Under the pieces are notes generated by a model. It had not been told where the DNA came from. It made no database searches and saw nothing but the letters and a program-made list of their open reading frames with translations. Positions 63,203 through 64,000 of a DNA stretch of 64,000 bases are shown here, piece by piece. Numbering within the stretch: the first letter of the stretch is position 1; every line of letters begins with the position of its first letter. Location of the stretch: NCBI RefSeq assembly GCF_006345805.1, contig NC_042998.1:62434001-62498000 (forward strand), written 5' to 3'. The stretch comes from Octopus sinensis. Lineage: Eukaryota. A program made the translations under genes and the position numbers.

Positions 63203-63425
63203 TCTTTTACTCTTTTTACTCTTTTACTTGTTTCAGTCATTTGACTGTGGCCATGCTAGAGCAGTGCTTTTAGTCGAGCAAATCAACCCCAGAACTTATT
63301 CTTTGTAAGCCTAGTACTTATTCTATCGGTCTCTTTTTCCGAACCGCTAAGTTACGGGGACATAAACACACCAGCATCGGTTGTCAAGCGATGTTGGGGA
63401 GACAAATACAGACACAGAAACATAC
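63203..63425 (-). mobile_element. SINE family A, 3' half
   Basis: CTCTTTTACTCTTTTACTTGTTTCAGTCATTTGACTGTGGCC...CCAGCATCGGTTGTCAAGCGATG. Confidence 0.85.
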
Positions 63426-63432
63426 CCACCCC

Positions 63433-63464
<32 letters not shown>

Positions 63465-63501
63465 TAATATATATATATATATATGTATGTATGTATGTAT
63501 A

Positions 63502-63537
<36 letters not shown>

Positions 63538-64000
63538 TGTATTATAACATATATATATATACATATACGAATTTATAACGAGTATATATATATATTATGT
63601 ACCTTATGAATATGTTCTTAGCATTCTCGAAGTTTCAGCTCGGCATTGTATCTATTGCTGACTGTAAATACGCCTGCGCGCGATATTTGAAAAATTATAG
63701 CATATAATGATGGAACACGTGTTATCTTGTCTCTGAATTATAAGTTAGTTGTTTAGGCCGGTTACTGACGAGTATTCGCCTGGTAGATAATATGGTTTGC
63801 TAAATTATCTATTAAAAGATGGCAAGCGATATTATTTGCTAAAGAAATCTGAAACCATGGTATAACCGTTATATAACAAGGTAAAGGTTTTTATTTTTCA
63901 TTTACTTCGAAATTTGCTATAAAATTGTAGTTTTTAGTCGTGTTGGCTGCTATTTCTAGCATGTAAAATTACCTATTAAAGGGTAATTTTCTATTTTGAA

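Overview
Repeat-saturated, AT-rich animal DNA. The SINE families and microsatellite load look like an octopus (coleoid cephalopod) genome, which is an inference from pattern recognition rather than a search result. I cannot support any intact host gene, and nearly all long six-frame ORFs are microsatellite read-through. The window holds about 35 tRNA-head SINE copies from four modular families (labelled A-D here). It also holds decayed Tc1/mariner transposons (DD37D, DD34D, Tc1-like, one TIR-bounded deletion derivative), RTE and R4/Dong-like LINE fragments, an ORF1-only L1/Tx1-like element and a Helitron-like non-autonomous element. The most notable signal is a set of small non-coding elements sitting in (TA)n or (TATG)n tracts that carry minimal type I hammerhead ribozyme (HHR) motifs (stem I - CUGANGA - stem II - GAAA - stem III - NUH - stem I). 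About 14 motifs from roughly 8 unrelated sequence families are visible by eye. Between 33.3 and 38.8 kb, four different HHR families occur in a row, and each carries an inverted (fold-back) duplication. In three of them the ribozyme is present on both strands. This resembles Penelope-like-element pseudo-LTRs and retrozymes, but the long palindromes could also be long-read assembly artefacts and need read-level checking.
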